A DNA stretch of 45,387 nucleotides, from positions 1-45,387 of the forward strand of contig JAAZHE010000201.1 of the NCBI GenBank assembly GCA_012510855.1. The letters run 5' to 3'. Shown one piece after another: positions 35,549-44,572 of the stretch. The stretch comes from Bacillota bacterium (GTDB lineage: Bacteria > Bacillota > Limnochordia > DTU087). Every line of letters starts with the position of its first letter. Position 1 is the first letter of the stretch. The translations under genes and the position numbers were made by a program. The notes under the pieces were generated by a model. The model ran no database searches, was not told where the DNA came from, and saw only the letters and a program-made list of their open reading frames with translations.

Positions 35549-37480
35549 CTAATACAGTGAAAACTGAGCCCTGTAGTTGGACATATTATAGTGGGGCTGT
35601 CGTTTGGGCACAGAGGGTGAATCAACGGTTCGATGACTCTGGGTGTAGATCCAGATGGAATTTTCGTCCCAGACGACGATCTCGTCCCGGCCGTCACCTG
35701 TTAAGTCAACGGGCTCACAGCACAGGAAGGGATGGCCGTCACTGGGAAACTCTACTACTCGGCGGCCTTTCCCATCAATCATTCCACCCAATTCAGGATG
35801 GGCAGAAAGTAGGATTAAGTCTTGGCCTGAACCAGTCCAGTTGACCGGCGAAAGGGCAGAGCCCCAGGGAGCAATGATCTCATTTCTCAACAGCAAATTA
35901 CCTTGCCAATCGTAAATCAAGACAATGCCGGGATTTCCCCAGAAGGTTATGGTTGCAATCTCAACTCCAGGTTCCGTATGCAGCAGATCAGCTGCTGTAA
36001 CCGTCTGGCAATGACCGGCCCGGTGATGTTTCTTAATCTCTCCATCTGCCGAAACCCACAGCATGCCTTCATCACTGGCTGCGATAATGATCTGCGGATC
36101 CTCACCCTCTTCCAACTTGCCGATAAACACACCATCGGCGTGATCTCCTATATCTAGCTGCCACCTGACCGTTCCATCTGAGTTCAGCAACGCATAACCG
36201 ATGAGGATTTCATCTTTTCCATCACCGTCTATATCGTAAGCCATGGGATAATGTCCTACATTTCCGCTAAAATGCCATAAAGGCTGAAGATCCCAAGTAT
36301 AGGCCCAGAGATTGTTATAGCGATCCTTCAGCAAGATATCCCGGTCTTGCCCACTGCCAGTAAGATCGCAAAAATATATGGAATCACCAACGATCCTGTA
36401 GAATCGGTCTTCTTTCAGCCGCTTCCCTGTGTGCGGCGGTGCCATGGGGGTAAGAGCTTCGTACTTGAGCTTTCCTGTCTCGCCCTCCAAGACTTGAATC
36501 TTAAAGTTTCCGCAGAGGACAATCTCAGGCTTACCGTCGCCATCGATGTCGTGAATCTGAAATGGTAAATCATTTGTCACCAAGGCATTGGCTGGGTTGG
36601 GTTCGCCTATCTGCCACAAAACCCTCCCCTCTAAATCAATGGCAGTCAGACAGCTAATCTCGCAGAAGTTGTCACCCTGCATGCGGCGGACGTTTTGTGC
36701 CAGGAGAATCTCCAGCTGCCCGTCTCCATTCAAGTCGCCAAATCGAATACTCTTCCCCGCGCCGTAACCAGGAGTGTCGAATTTCCTCCACAACTGCGTC
36801 TGTGGAATGGCCTCCTTTAGGCTTCGCAGCTGGGACTCCTTGAGCCGCTGCTCGGTTCGCCAGACTTCATATGACTCATTTGTCATGAAGACATCCAGTT
36901 TGCCAAACCGCACTGGGCCATTGGCAAACAGCGCTACTTTGCCGGACCGGTAAGAGTCATCCTCAGCTTCCAAGGTAATCCCGCCTACCTCCGCCGATAG
37001 GCGGCTTCCCGTGACAACAATCTTTATGTCGTGATAAGAATCGCGCTCCAATACACTTGACTGCTTGGCCAGTACCGCACACTCTTCATCATTTATGGAA
37101 ATCAGCTCCAGGCAATTATGGCCATAACGAAGGGCATAATAGTGTCGACTGGTCTGATATCTAAACGCCACTCCCATATAGCCTTCTGACCCTAACGGCC
37201 TAAAACTGGCCTCGATGACCACATCATCCCAATGCTCGTCACCGGCAACCAGCATCGGCAACCCGGTTTCCCGTATAGTAGACTGTTCAAACACGTACTT
37301 GCCGTCGTCCTCCAGTACATTCCAACAGGAGTCACCTTGCCAGGAGAAGTGCAGAGTGCTGGCTGTCCACTGGCCTGTGCTGCCTTCCGGTAGGCGAAAG
37401 TGATACTCCCCCAACGGTGAGTAATCATGGGGAAACGGACCGGGCTTGAGATTGAAGTCTCCAGCAAAAACCTTTATCAT
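35549..37480 (-). CDS. intracellular FG-GAP/VCBS-type beta-propeller protein with an N-terminal concanavalin/LamG-like (DUF1080-like) domain
   Basis: Repeated DxDGDG Ca-loop motifs are present (GDLNGDGQLEIL, HDIDGDGKPEIV, YDIDGDGKDEIL, DLTGDGRDEIVV). The N-terminal about 200 aa reads as a jelly-roll (YMGVAFRYQTSRHYYALRY, GKVALFANG). There is no signal peptide. The start is uncertain (ATG 37480 preferred). Confidence 0.55.
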   Translation of the reverse strand: MIKVFAGDFNLKPGPFPHDYSPLGEYHFRLPEGSTGQWTASTLHFSWQGDSCWNVLEDDGKYVFEQSTIRETGLPMLVAGDEHWDDVVIEASFRPLGSEGYMGVAFRYQTSRHYYALRYGHNCLELISINDEECAVLAKQSSVLERDSYHDIKIVVTGSRLSAEVGGITLEAEDDSYRSGKVALFANGPVRFGKLDVFMTNESYEVWRTEQRLKESQLRSLKEAIPQTQLWRKFDTPGYGAGKSIRFGDLNGDGQLEILLAQNVRRMQGDNFCEISCLTAIDLEGRVLWQIGEPNPANALVTNDLPFQIHDIDGDGKPEIVLCGNFKIQVLEGETGKLKYEALTPMAPPHTGKRLKEDRFYRIVGDSIYFCDLTGSGQDRDILLKDRYNNLWAYTWDLQPLWHFSGNVGHYPMAYDIDGDGKDEILIGYALLNSDGTVRWQLDIGDHADGVFIGKLEEGEDPQIIIAASDEGMLWVSADGEIKKHHRAGHCQTVTAADLLHTEPGVEIATITFWGNPGIVLIYDWQGNLLLRNEIIAPWGSALSPVNWTGSGQDLILLSAHPELGGMIDGKGRRVVEFPSDGHPFLCCEPVDLTGDGRDEIVVWDENSIWIYTQSHRTVDSPSVPKRQPHYNMSNYRAQFSLY

Positions 37481-37532
37481 CGGCACACATCCTTTGTATG
37501 GCATTTTTCGTGTCTTGGGCGCTCTCATTCTC

Positions 37533-38414
37533 CTAGACGCTGACACCCATCCCCTCTATCTTTATCCCCAGTTCCCTTGGAAGCACCAGTTTAACAGTAA
37601 TCAGTGGGTTAACAATCTGGCTAACCCTGAGTTCACCACAGTATCCCAGCAAGAGTTTGGCATCGGACCTGCTCAACCCATGCAGCCTTGACATAACATC
37701 CATTGCCCGCTCTATAGCCATCCTGGACGCTATCTCAAAGCTATCCGCTGAGGCTATTAGTATCAATTTGTCTTGGGTCCAGATATGTAATCTATCAGTC
37801 GGTGAGTCTTCCACTCTTCTCACTCTTAATACGACTCTGGCACCTACCTCCAACCCTGCTCCATTTACTTCACCATCTGCCATCACCGCATGCACATCCC
37901 CGAGAGCCAACAAACCACCTTCAACATTCGCGGGCAATACTATTGTAGAACCCGGTCTCACTTCCTTAGTATCCAGGTTCCCGCCGTGTTCTCCCGGAAA
38001 ACCGCAGGTAAATGAACCTGTTGCCGGTGCAACACCTATTACACCGATGTGGGGTCGGATCCTTATTCTAATCTCCGGAGAAAACTGGGCAAAACCATCA
38101 ACGATGGGAATCACTCGGTAGTCACCGAGACTCATCCCTACGCCGGTGGACTCTACGTCAATAGCCAAGACGTCAATACCAACCATGTCGCCAGGGCGTA
38201 TACCCTTAACGAAGATAGGGCCAGTTGCGGGATTGGTATTGGTCAGATCCAACTCCTGGGTTTTTCCGGACTCATGGGGAATCAACCCGTGCAAGGCACT
38301 GAGGGTCTTAACCTCGACGACTTGGTCGAGATCGATTTCACATACCGGTACCATATCTCGGGAAAAGCTGTATATAAATCCATCCTGAGGTCCTATGGTC
38401 ACTCGAGTGCGCAT
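37533..38414 (-). CDS. acetamidase/formamidase (FmdA/AmdA) family protein
   Basis: NPATGPIFVKGIRPGDMV, HIGVIGVAP, GGNLDTKEVRPGSTIVLP, GDVHAVMADGEV. GGAGGTG lies upstream of the ATG at 38414. Confidence 0.75.
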   Translation of the reverse strand: MRTRVTIGPQDGFIYSFSRDMVPVCEIDLDQVVEVKTLSALHGLIPHESGKTQELDLTNTNPATGPIFVKGIRPGDMVGIDVLAIDVESTGVGMSLGDYRVIPIVDGFAQFSPEIRIRIRPHIGVIGVAPATGSFTCGFPGEHGGNLDTKEVRPGSTIVLPANVEGGLLALGDVHAVMADGEVNGAGLEVGARVVLRVRRVEDSPTDRLHIWTQDKLILIASADSFEIASRMAIERAMDVMSRLHGLSRSDAKLLLGYCGELRVSQIVNPLITVKLVLPRELGIKIEGMGVSV

Positions 38415-38542
38415 ACTACACCTCCAATTACTCATTGAGCACGACCCCGCTGGTCGATGCTCACCTTACATCTCCAAACACAACTAGCTCAGAGGTTAGT
38501 TCGCTCCGCCATTGAGGTTTAAAACAACCCAAGAAATGTCCT

Positions 38543-39784
38543 TTAATCAAATGGGGGCAGGAAACCATTCTCTTGAACTAGAGGAACTCTCCTATCTGTG
38601 ATTTCGATTCCAGGCTGAAGCTTTAGAGCCTGGAGGACAGCACTAGAAACGTAAAGCTCTTCAAGACTCAGGGTGTTCTTAATTCTGGCAATCCTAGCAT
38701 CCTCGGGGCTGCGCCATGCGGCTCTCAGGGCATAGCTTATCCCTTCACCATCTGTTTCGGCAACCATCGGCATTTTAGCCCGCTCAAGAAAGCCGCTGGT
38801 TACGCCGTTTTCGTAGGTTGCCTTAAAATCTATCTTTTCGTAGACTCTTTTTGTGATAACATCAGCCAAACCCATCCCCAGGGCATTGCCATGGGAACCT
38901 TCGGTAAGATCGGCCAATAATATAGACGAAATCTGCGGTTTTTCCGGCTCCGGCTCCCCTCTAATCCCGATCCGCCCCGTAATATTGGGATCAAGTCCTA
39001 CGCCACTGATGTCCTTGCCGAACTCATCGATAATCAACACATCGATTTGATCAATAGGTAGTTTGGGCATGAGTCTCTTGGCCTCAGCAAGAAGCTTTGG
39101 CTCCTCTTTCTCAAATTCATCGGGCTGCAGGACCTTAATGATGGCTGTCTCTTCCTTGGCGTTTTCAACGATGCCAATTCCCAGCACTACCCTGCCGTGC
39201 TTGATGATTTGCCGGGCCGTTGGTACAATCAGGTCTTTCAATCCCCTTACGCCAAAGCGGTGAATCTCCAGCGCTTGCCTATGCTTTCCCAGGCCGATGG
39301 CACACATTTTCATCAGACCGCTCTCGAAAGTTCCATGGAAATCGGTGTGGGGCTTTATCCGATTAATGACAATCACTCCGTCTGCTTCATAGGCGTACTT
39401 GTCCATATAGACCTTATGGGCTAATCCTTCACCGGGAAGCTCGACAACTTCAAGGGAAGACAAAATTGGAGCACCGACATTAGCTTCAGTAATGCCGTAG
39501 TGCTCCAAGACAGCTTGCTGTCCTTCCGGCGTGGCTCCTCCATGGCTCCCCATAGCCGGGACGATAAATGGCTTCCAGCCTTGGCTCGTGACCCACTTGA
39601 CTGTTGTGCCAACTATGTCCCTGAGATTGGCTATGCCTCTGCTGCCGACAGCAATAGCGACCGATGCGCCCGGTCTGAGGTCAAGTCTTACCTCCTTCAA
39701 CTCTTGTTCAAGGTACAACCCAACATTATCTATCTTCTCGGCACTCACTTCCTGCCTAATCATGGTTAGTTCGACATTTAGCAT
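38543..39784 (-). CDS. conserved protein, possibly LarA-like (DUF2088) nickel-pincer isomerase superfamily; function unknown
   Basis: The 413-aa ORF is clearly coding (GGAAGGAG SD, ATG 39784). AVGSRGIANL, PAMGSHGGATPEGQ and NRIKPHTDFHGTFESGLMK loosely recall the LarA IESHFFAGFSGGRK region. The LarA SDHTRP motif is not evident. Confidence 0.45.
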   Translation of the reverse strand: MLNVELTMIRQEVSAEKIDNVGLYLEQELKEVRLDLRPGASVAIAVGSRGIANLRDIVGTTVKWVTSQGWKPFIVPAMGSHGGATPEGQQAVLEHYGITEANVGAPILSSLEVVELPGEGLAHKVYMDKYAYEADGVIVINRIKPHTDFHGTFESGLMKMCAIGLGKHRQALEIHRFGVRGLKDLIVPTARQIIKHGRVVLGIGIVENAKEETAIIKVLQPDEFEKEEPKLLAEAKRLMPKLPIDQIDVLIIDEFGKDISGVGLDPNITGRIGIRGEPEPEKPQISSILLADLTEGSHGNALGMGLADVITKRVYEKIDFKATYENGVTSGFLERAKMPMVAETDGEGISYALRAAWRSPEDARIARIKNTLSLEELYVSSAVLQALKLQPGIEITDRRVPLVQENGFLPPFD

Positions 39785-39876
39785 TATCTCTGCTCCTTCC
39801 TACACTGCGGCTCTACTTGGTGAGTTAATTCTTAAAAAATAGCAGTCTTTCCTCTATTATATGGTTCTTGCAGCGC

Positions 39877-39903
39877 AAAAACCGCCCCTTTCATGGGGAC
39901 GGT
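39877..39903 (-). terminator. Rho-independent terminator ending the FGGY-GatD-GatZ-GHL6 transcription unit
   Basis: The minus strand reads ACCGTCCCC-ATGAAA-GGGGCGG followed by TTTTT. The stem is 7 bp with one bulged A. Confidence 0.55.
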
Positions 39904-40066
39904 CTGCTACCACACCTATTCATGAGTAATTCAGACTGGCAATGCTACATAATTCCCGATCCATCACAAATCCATGGGCACCTGCGGCGGCAATATCGTC
40001 GATAGACTCTGTGTTGTTCCCACCTGAAGTAAACGAGACAATCTTACCGGCATCCTTGCTCCTACT

Positions 40067-42097
40067 TCACGCAAAGGCGATTTCAATCATCTGATGACCG
40101 TGCACCTTATCCAGTGTAAACCGTAGTGTGCCATCCAGCAGTTCAAACTCCAACGGCCTCATCTCCGGCACACAGGTCACTGACTTGACCTCCGCCGGCA
40201 CCTTCACTGCAACCTCCAGGTTGTAGAGGGGAATCACATCCTCGATGATATCAATCTCCTGACTGCGGCGTTCGGGTATATAATGCAGCAGGTGTACTAC
40301 CCATCGATTTGCATCGGGCTGTTCGTTCACTGTAGCGAAGACAGTAGTTGGTCCATTGTGGGATAGAAGGGGTTGCCCAATTAAGAGTTCAATGGCATTA
40401 AGGAGCAGCTGCTTGCACCACCGGGGTGCATTCTTGTGGTAGAGGGTAAAAATGGGATGGGCAAAATATATAGTGTTGCCGTTCCGCACCACAGCCGGCT
40501 GGACCACCTTACCAGATGACGGGGTCTGCCTGTGGGAACAGAAATGCTCCCAAGTACGGTCAAAATAGGAGGCAACAACATCGGCCAGGACTTCTGCATC
40601 AGGAGCGGCTTCAATCTCAACTGCCTTAATGTACATGGCGTGTTCCGTTGGCGGCAGTCCTTTGCCGATTGCCTCCCGGGGAAGGATGTAATCGACATAC
40701 TGCAAAAAGTCACCCACTTGCCGCCCGCCAACTGGAAGACCATCATCGGCTAGCTGGGGGTTATCCTTCAAACGAACACCTAGGCTTTTCAATGCAGATT
40801 CTGTGCCCTCAGGGTTAAGACCGGAAAGCCCTGTCACAATTAGCTTCCCACCGGCCGCCACATACTCATCAAGCTTGGCCGCTGCAGCTTCAGTCAGCCT
40901 GACGCCATCGGGCAGAATCAACAGGCGATAGGCGTCAAAGGAACTGCGGGTATCAAGCACCTCAAACTGATGTCCAGCTTCCTGCAGCATCTGTACAGCG
41001 CCAGCAGTAGCAACTGGAACCCTTTCTCCCGTAAATTCCTCAGTGGTTAAAAGGCCGATCTCGCTCACTGCCTTGGCACCCCGGCACCACGGCTCTTTCT
41101 TTTCCACCTGGCTGTAGACCGAACCGATCAGTTCATATACATATTTATCTATCTTACCGCTGGGATGCAGCTGATCGCCGATCTCACACTTGCAATTAAG
41201 GGCCAGCATGCGGAAACACTCGAACTCCAAGGCGGCCTTGTTCTTGAAGGAATGAAAGTCACCCCAACTGGTATGGAACTTCCCGGTATGGGAAACACAG
41301 TCAAGGCCAAGATTCCTGGCGTAGCGAGCAGTTAATGGGAAATGCATATACCCCCAACCGCCGCTGGGAAGGGACTCTAGTTCAAAATGGGAATAGGCAT
41401 CCTTGGATTCCCGAACAAAGGGTCCGATGTGACCGGCGTTGTAGAAAATAGTCGCATCTGGATTGCGTTCCCGGACGAACTCAGACAGTTCTAGCCGGAA
41501 CTTATCCAGGACCAGCTTGTTATAGGCTAAGCGGTCTGCCTCTTTAGTCGGGTCTAAGCCTGCTTCCTTCATGCCCTGCTGGCAGTACCGGCAGCTGCAG
41601 TCATAGGGTTTTACAATATCAAAGAAGAAACCGTCGACCGGCAGCATCTCCAGCATTTCTTCCACATGGGCCCAGATAAAATCACGGTAAGGGGTATTCA
41701 CACAAAGGTCTTGGTAGAATCCCGCTTCATACGGCTTCGTACCTGATAGCTGGCCGTCGGGCCCAATTACCCGCCACTCAGGATGCCGTACAGCCGTGTA
41801 GTAATCCCACTGAATAGTGGTGTATATGGGAACCCGAATCCCGTGCTTGTGACAGGCCTCAATCTGCTCCAACAGCAGATTACGATTGACCAGATTGGGA
41901 TGAATACGCTCGGGGAAGCGCTTAGAGTTGTAATACATCAACCCATGATGGCACCGCGCAAAACACGTAATGGAGTTTACCCGGGCTTCATCCAGTGTGC
42001 GGGCAAATTCCTCCGCATCAAATTCGGCACCAACCAGCGGGATGTGCTCGCTGGTATGAAAGTCCAGGTGAATCTGTCGAAAAGGCAGTTCAGTCAC
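40067..42097 (-). CDS. putative glycoside hydrolase, GHL6-type TIM barrel with beta-galactosidase-trimerisation-like C-terminal region
   Basis: The N-terminus FRQIHLDFHTSEHIPLVGAEFDAEEFARTLDEARVNSITCFARCHHGLMYY matches my memory of the GHL6 family. The ORF is 676 aa with no signal peptide. GGGAGGGA lies 7 nt upstream of the GTG at 42097. Confidence 0.6.
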   Translation of the reverse strand: MTELPFRQIHLDFHTSEHIPLVGAEFDAEEFARTLDEARVNSITCFARCHHGLMYYNSKRFPERIHPNLVNRNLLLEQIEACHKHGIRVPIYTTIQWDYYTAVRHPEWRVIGPDGQLSGTKPYEAGFYQDLCVNTPYRDFIWAHVEEMLEMLPVDGFFFDIVKPYDCSCRYCQQGMKEAGLDPTKEADRLAYNKLVLDKFRLELSEFVRERNPDATIFYNAGHIGPFVRESKDAYSHFELESLPSGGWGYMHFPLTARYARNLGLDCVSHTGKFHTSWGDFHSFKNKAALEFECFRMLALNCKCEIGDQLHPSGKIDKYVYELIGSVYSQVEKKEPWCRGAKAVSEIGLLTTEEFTGERVPVATAGAVQMLQEAGHQFEVLDTRSSFDAYRLLILPDGVRLTEAAAAKLDEYVAAGGKLIVTGLSGLNPEGTESALKSLGVRLKDNPQLADDGLPVGGRQVGDFLQYVDYILPREAIGKGLPPTEHAMYIKAVEIEAAPDAEVLADVVASYFDRTWEHFCSHRQTPSSGKVVQPAVVRNGNTIYFAHPIFTLYHKNAPRWCKQLLLNAIELLIGQPLLSHNGPTTVFATVNEQPDANRWVVHLLHYIPERRSQEIDIIEDVIPLYNLEVAVKVPAEVKSVTCVPEMRPLEFELLDGTLRFTLDKVHGHQMIEIAFA

Positions 42098-42148
42098 TGG
42101 GTTTTCCCTCCCTGACAGTATGGTTCTTATCGGGATTCCCTGTTGTCT

Positions 42149-43465
42149 TCAAGGGTTAACCGCAAACCCATAGTCTTCCAGCACTTCCTTGACTTTATCT
42201 TTCACCAGTGCATCGGGCTTGTTTTCCAATAGCCCCGCCCGAATCCGCTTGTACTGCATCGGCAGGTATTGGCTAATCAAGGTAAGGGGTATCGGTGTTG
42301 TCCCTAGGTTTTTCATAAGGATTTCCACAGCCTCCCTTACTTCCGGCACAGCCCAGTAGTAGCGGCAGCGATCGGAGAAACTGTACCTGCGGGCCAAGGC
42401 AATCTCTGCCTCCGACCCGTGGTAATAACTCCTCCAATGGGCCGGATTGCTCACTATGGCTGCCTCCAGTTTCTCCATCAACTGACTCGGCCGAGCTCCA
42501 GCTGTGTTGCCCAATAATTCCTTCTCCATCAAGCTCAGTGCCAACAAACCTTCCCGGAGAGCAAAGGTCAGGGCTGGTCCAACCTTTAGAATTGCAACCC
42601 CATCCTCTACCAAGCTTTTCAAGGCATCACGGGTCTGGTAATCTGTCGAATGTCCTTCGAAGACCAGGTTAGGCAGCTCAGCTAGTGCTGCAGTAAGAGG
42701 CTTGGCTTTTTCCCTGTCGTATTCACAAATAGTGGTACTGCCAAACTCGACTCCGGGCTGGACAACCACTGCGACAACCCGCTCCCAAGCATCATGGAGA
42801 GCCCGCTTAAAGAAGGCCTCCTGTGATACACCCACTGTCTCCCTGAGATCTTCGGGACGGGTCACCTGCAAGGCATCTTCCTCCTCTTGTACTCCCCCTG
42901 GAACTGGAACTTCGGTACCAATTACGTATACCGGTGGAACTGCACTGGGATTGAGGCGGAGAACCTCCCTGTAAGCCTCTTCGGCGACTTGACAAAGCTC
43001 GGCGGTGCGCTCGGCAATAACCGCCGGCTCCAAAGCGCCGTTCCTACTTGCATCGTCACCTAGCGCCATACTGGTATCTATGTGCAGCTTGGAAAACCCC
43101 GCCAACACATATTGCCGAATGAGCTCCCGTGATTTCTCCATGGCGCTATCAGCAGGTTCATTTTTCCAAGGATTGGGGCCGAGGTGGTCGCCTCCCAAGA
43201 TCAGCCGGTCTCGGGGAAACCCCACTTGGTCCGCTAGACGCAGGACAAATTCCTGAAAATCCGCCGGCTTCATCCCTGTGTATCCGCCAAATTGATTAAC
43301 TTGATTGCACGTAGCTTCAATGAGAACATGACCGTCGGTCTCGAGGCCGTACTCAAGGGCCGCCTCTAGGACGTAGCTGTTGGCACTGCAAATCGAGCAG
43401 ATCCCCTTGGGTATACCAGCTTTCTGAAGCCTGACAATTTCTTTCATCACGTGATCTCTTGTCAT
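42149..43465 (-). CDS. GatZ/KbaZ/AgaZ-family protein (tagatose-bisphosphate aldolase non-catalytic subunit / tagatose-6-phosphate 4-epimerase family)
   Basis: GICSICSANSYVLEAALEY, LIEATCNQVNQFGGYTGMKPADFQEFV, LILGGDHLGPNPW, VIGTEVPVPGG, HSTDYQT and ILKVGPALTFALRE align closely with E. coli GatZ from memory. Confidence 0.85.
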   Translation of the reverse strand: MTRDHVMKEIVRLQKAGIPKGICSICSANSYVLEAALEYGLETDGHVLIEATCNQVNQFGGYTGMKPADFQEFVLRLADQVGFPRDRLILGGDHLGPNPWKNEPADSAMEKSRELIRQYVLAGFSKLHIDTSMALGDDASRNGALEPAVIAERTAELCQVAEEAYREVLRLNPSAVPPVYVIGTEVPVPGGVQEEEDALQVTRPEDLRETVGVSQEAFFKRALHDAWERVVAVVVQPGVEFGSTTICEYDREKAKPLTAALAELPNLVFEGHSTDYQTRDALKSLVEDGVAILKVGPALTFALREGLLALSLMEKELLGNTAGARPSQLMEKLEAAIVSNPAHWRSYYHGSEAEIALARRYSFSDRCRYYWAVPEVREAVEILMKNLGTTPIPLTLISQYLPMQYKRIRAGLLENKPDALVKDKVKEVLEDYGFAVNP

Positions 43466-43488
43466 GATGACGAATCCCTTCCTAAGTT

Positions 43489-44553
43489 TTAATAATTATC
43501 ATCCATAAACAGCATAACCTTGATTGCCCGGTCAGACGAACGCAGGGTTTCAAAGGCTTCTCGGGCCTCTGCCAATTCAAAGCGGTGGGTTATCATCGCC
43601 GATGGATCTAGAGCACCATTGGATAGGGCTTTGGCTGCTATCTGCCACTCTCGACCTGGGAAGGGAGCCGAATAGGACATCCACGATCCGTAGATGACAA
43701 GCTCCTTTCTCACAATGGCTTCAAAGGCCTTGGGAGCGAAGTGTACCGGTTCGTGGGCTGTACCTACATAAAGCACCCGACCTCCATTGGCGCAGATCTC
43801 AACAGCCTGTACTTGAGTGATGGGATGACCTGCCGTCTCGACGGCTAGATCACAGCCGGCTCCAGAGGTAACTGACCTTACGGCCTCAACTAGACCGCCG
43901 TCCCCGTTTCCTAGACCCTTAGAGTTAATCACTTCGTCGGCTCCCAGCTCCCGAGCTCTGTCCAATTTCCAATCGTTAATGTCCACAGCTATGACTTGAC
44001 TCGCCCCTAGGAACTTGGTCCACATCATGGCAAGTAGTCCAATGGTGCCTACACCCAAGACTACCACCCTAAGTCCTGCCAATGAGCCTACCTTCAGCAA
44101 GCCGTACAGCGGAACTGTGGCGGGCTCCAGCATGGCTGCTTGTTCGTAAGAAAGGTCCTTGGGAATAGGAACCAGGGAGCGTTCAGGAACGGCAACATAC
44201 TCAGCCATACAGCCCTGCCGCCGGGAACCGACAAAACTGTATTGGCCGCAAAGGGAATAGCGGCCCAGCTGGCAGGCCTCGCATCCCATGCAAGGTACCA
44301 AAGGTGCCACCGCCACCCTGTCTCCAGGACTAAACCTGGTGACCGCTGCCCCTATCTCGACAACTTCCCCGGCCGCTTCATGGCCCACCACTGTGGGATA
44401 AAAATGGGCTTTGCCATCAAAGGCCCGGGGTAGATCAGAGCCGCAGATTCCGCAGGCTCCAATCCGCACTATGACGTCCCCCGGTTCAGCCTTGGGATAG
44501 GGTATATTCTCGATTCTGATATCACCTGGACCGTGAATTACCGCTGCCTTCAT
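43489..44553 (-). CDS. Zn-dependent dehydrogenase, galactitol-1-phosphate 5-dehydrogenase (GatD)-like
   Basis: CGICGSDLPRAFDGKAHFYPTVVGHEAAG, CMGCEACQLGRYSLC, and FVGSRRQGCMAEY. From memory, E. coli GatD has CGSDLPRIFKNGAHYYPITLGHEFSG and FIGSRRDGGFAEY. Confidence 0.75.
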   Translation of the reverse strand: MKAAVIHGPGDIRIENIPYPKAEPGDVIVRIGACGICGSDLPRAFDGKAHFYPTVVGHEAAGEVVEIGAAVTRFSPGDRVAVAPLVPCMGCEACQLGRYSLCGQYSFVGSRRQGCMAEYVAVPERSLVPIPKDLSYEQAAMLEPATVPLYGLLKVGSLAGLRVVVLGVGTIGLLAMMWTKFLGASQVIAVDINDWKLDRARELGADEVINSKGLGNGDGGLVEAVRSVTSGAGCDLAVETAGHPITQVQAVEICANGGRVLYVGTAHEPVHFAPKAFEAIVRKELVIYGSWMSYSAPFPGREWQIAAKALSNGALDPSAMITHRFELAEAREAFETLRSSDRAIKVMLFMDDNY

Positions 44554-44572
44554 AGAAATCGCTTCCCTTCAT

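Noticed and set aside
39790-39870. A TATAAT on the minus strand (within CCATATAATAGAGG) as the promoter of the LarA-like gene cluster.
   Set aside because: The position is plausible, directly after the terminator and about 60 nt upstream of the ATG. However, the -35 region is only T-rich (GGTTTT) and overlaps the terminator T-run. It is too weak to list as a feature.
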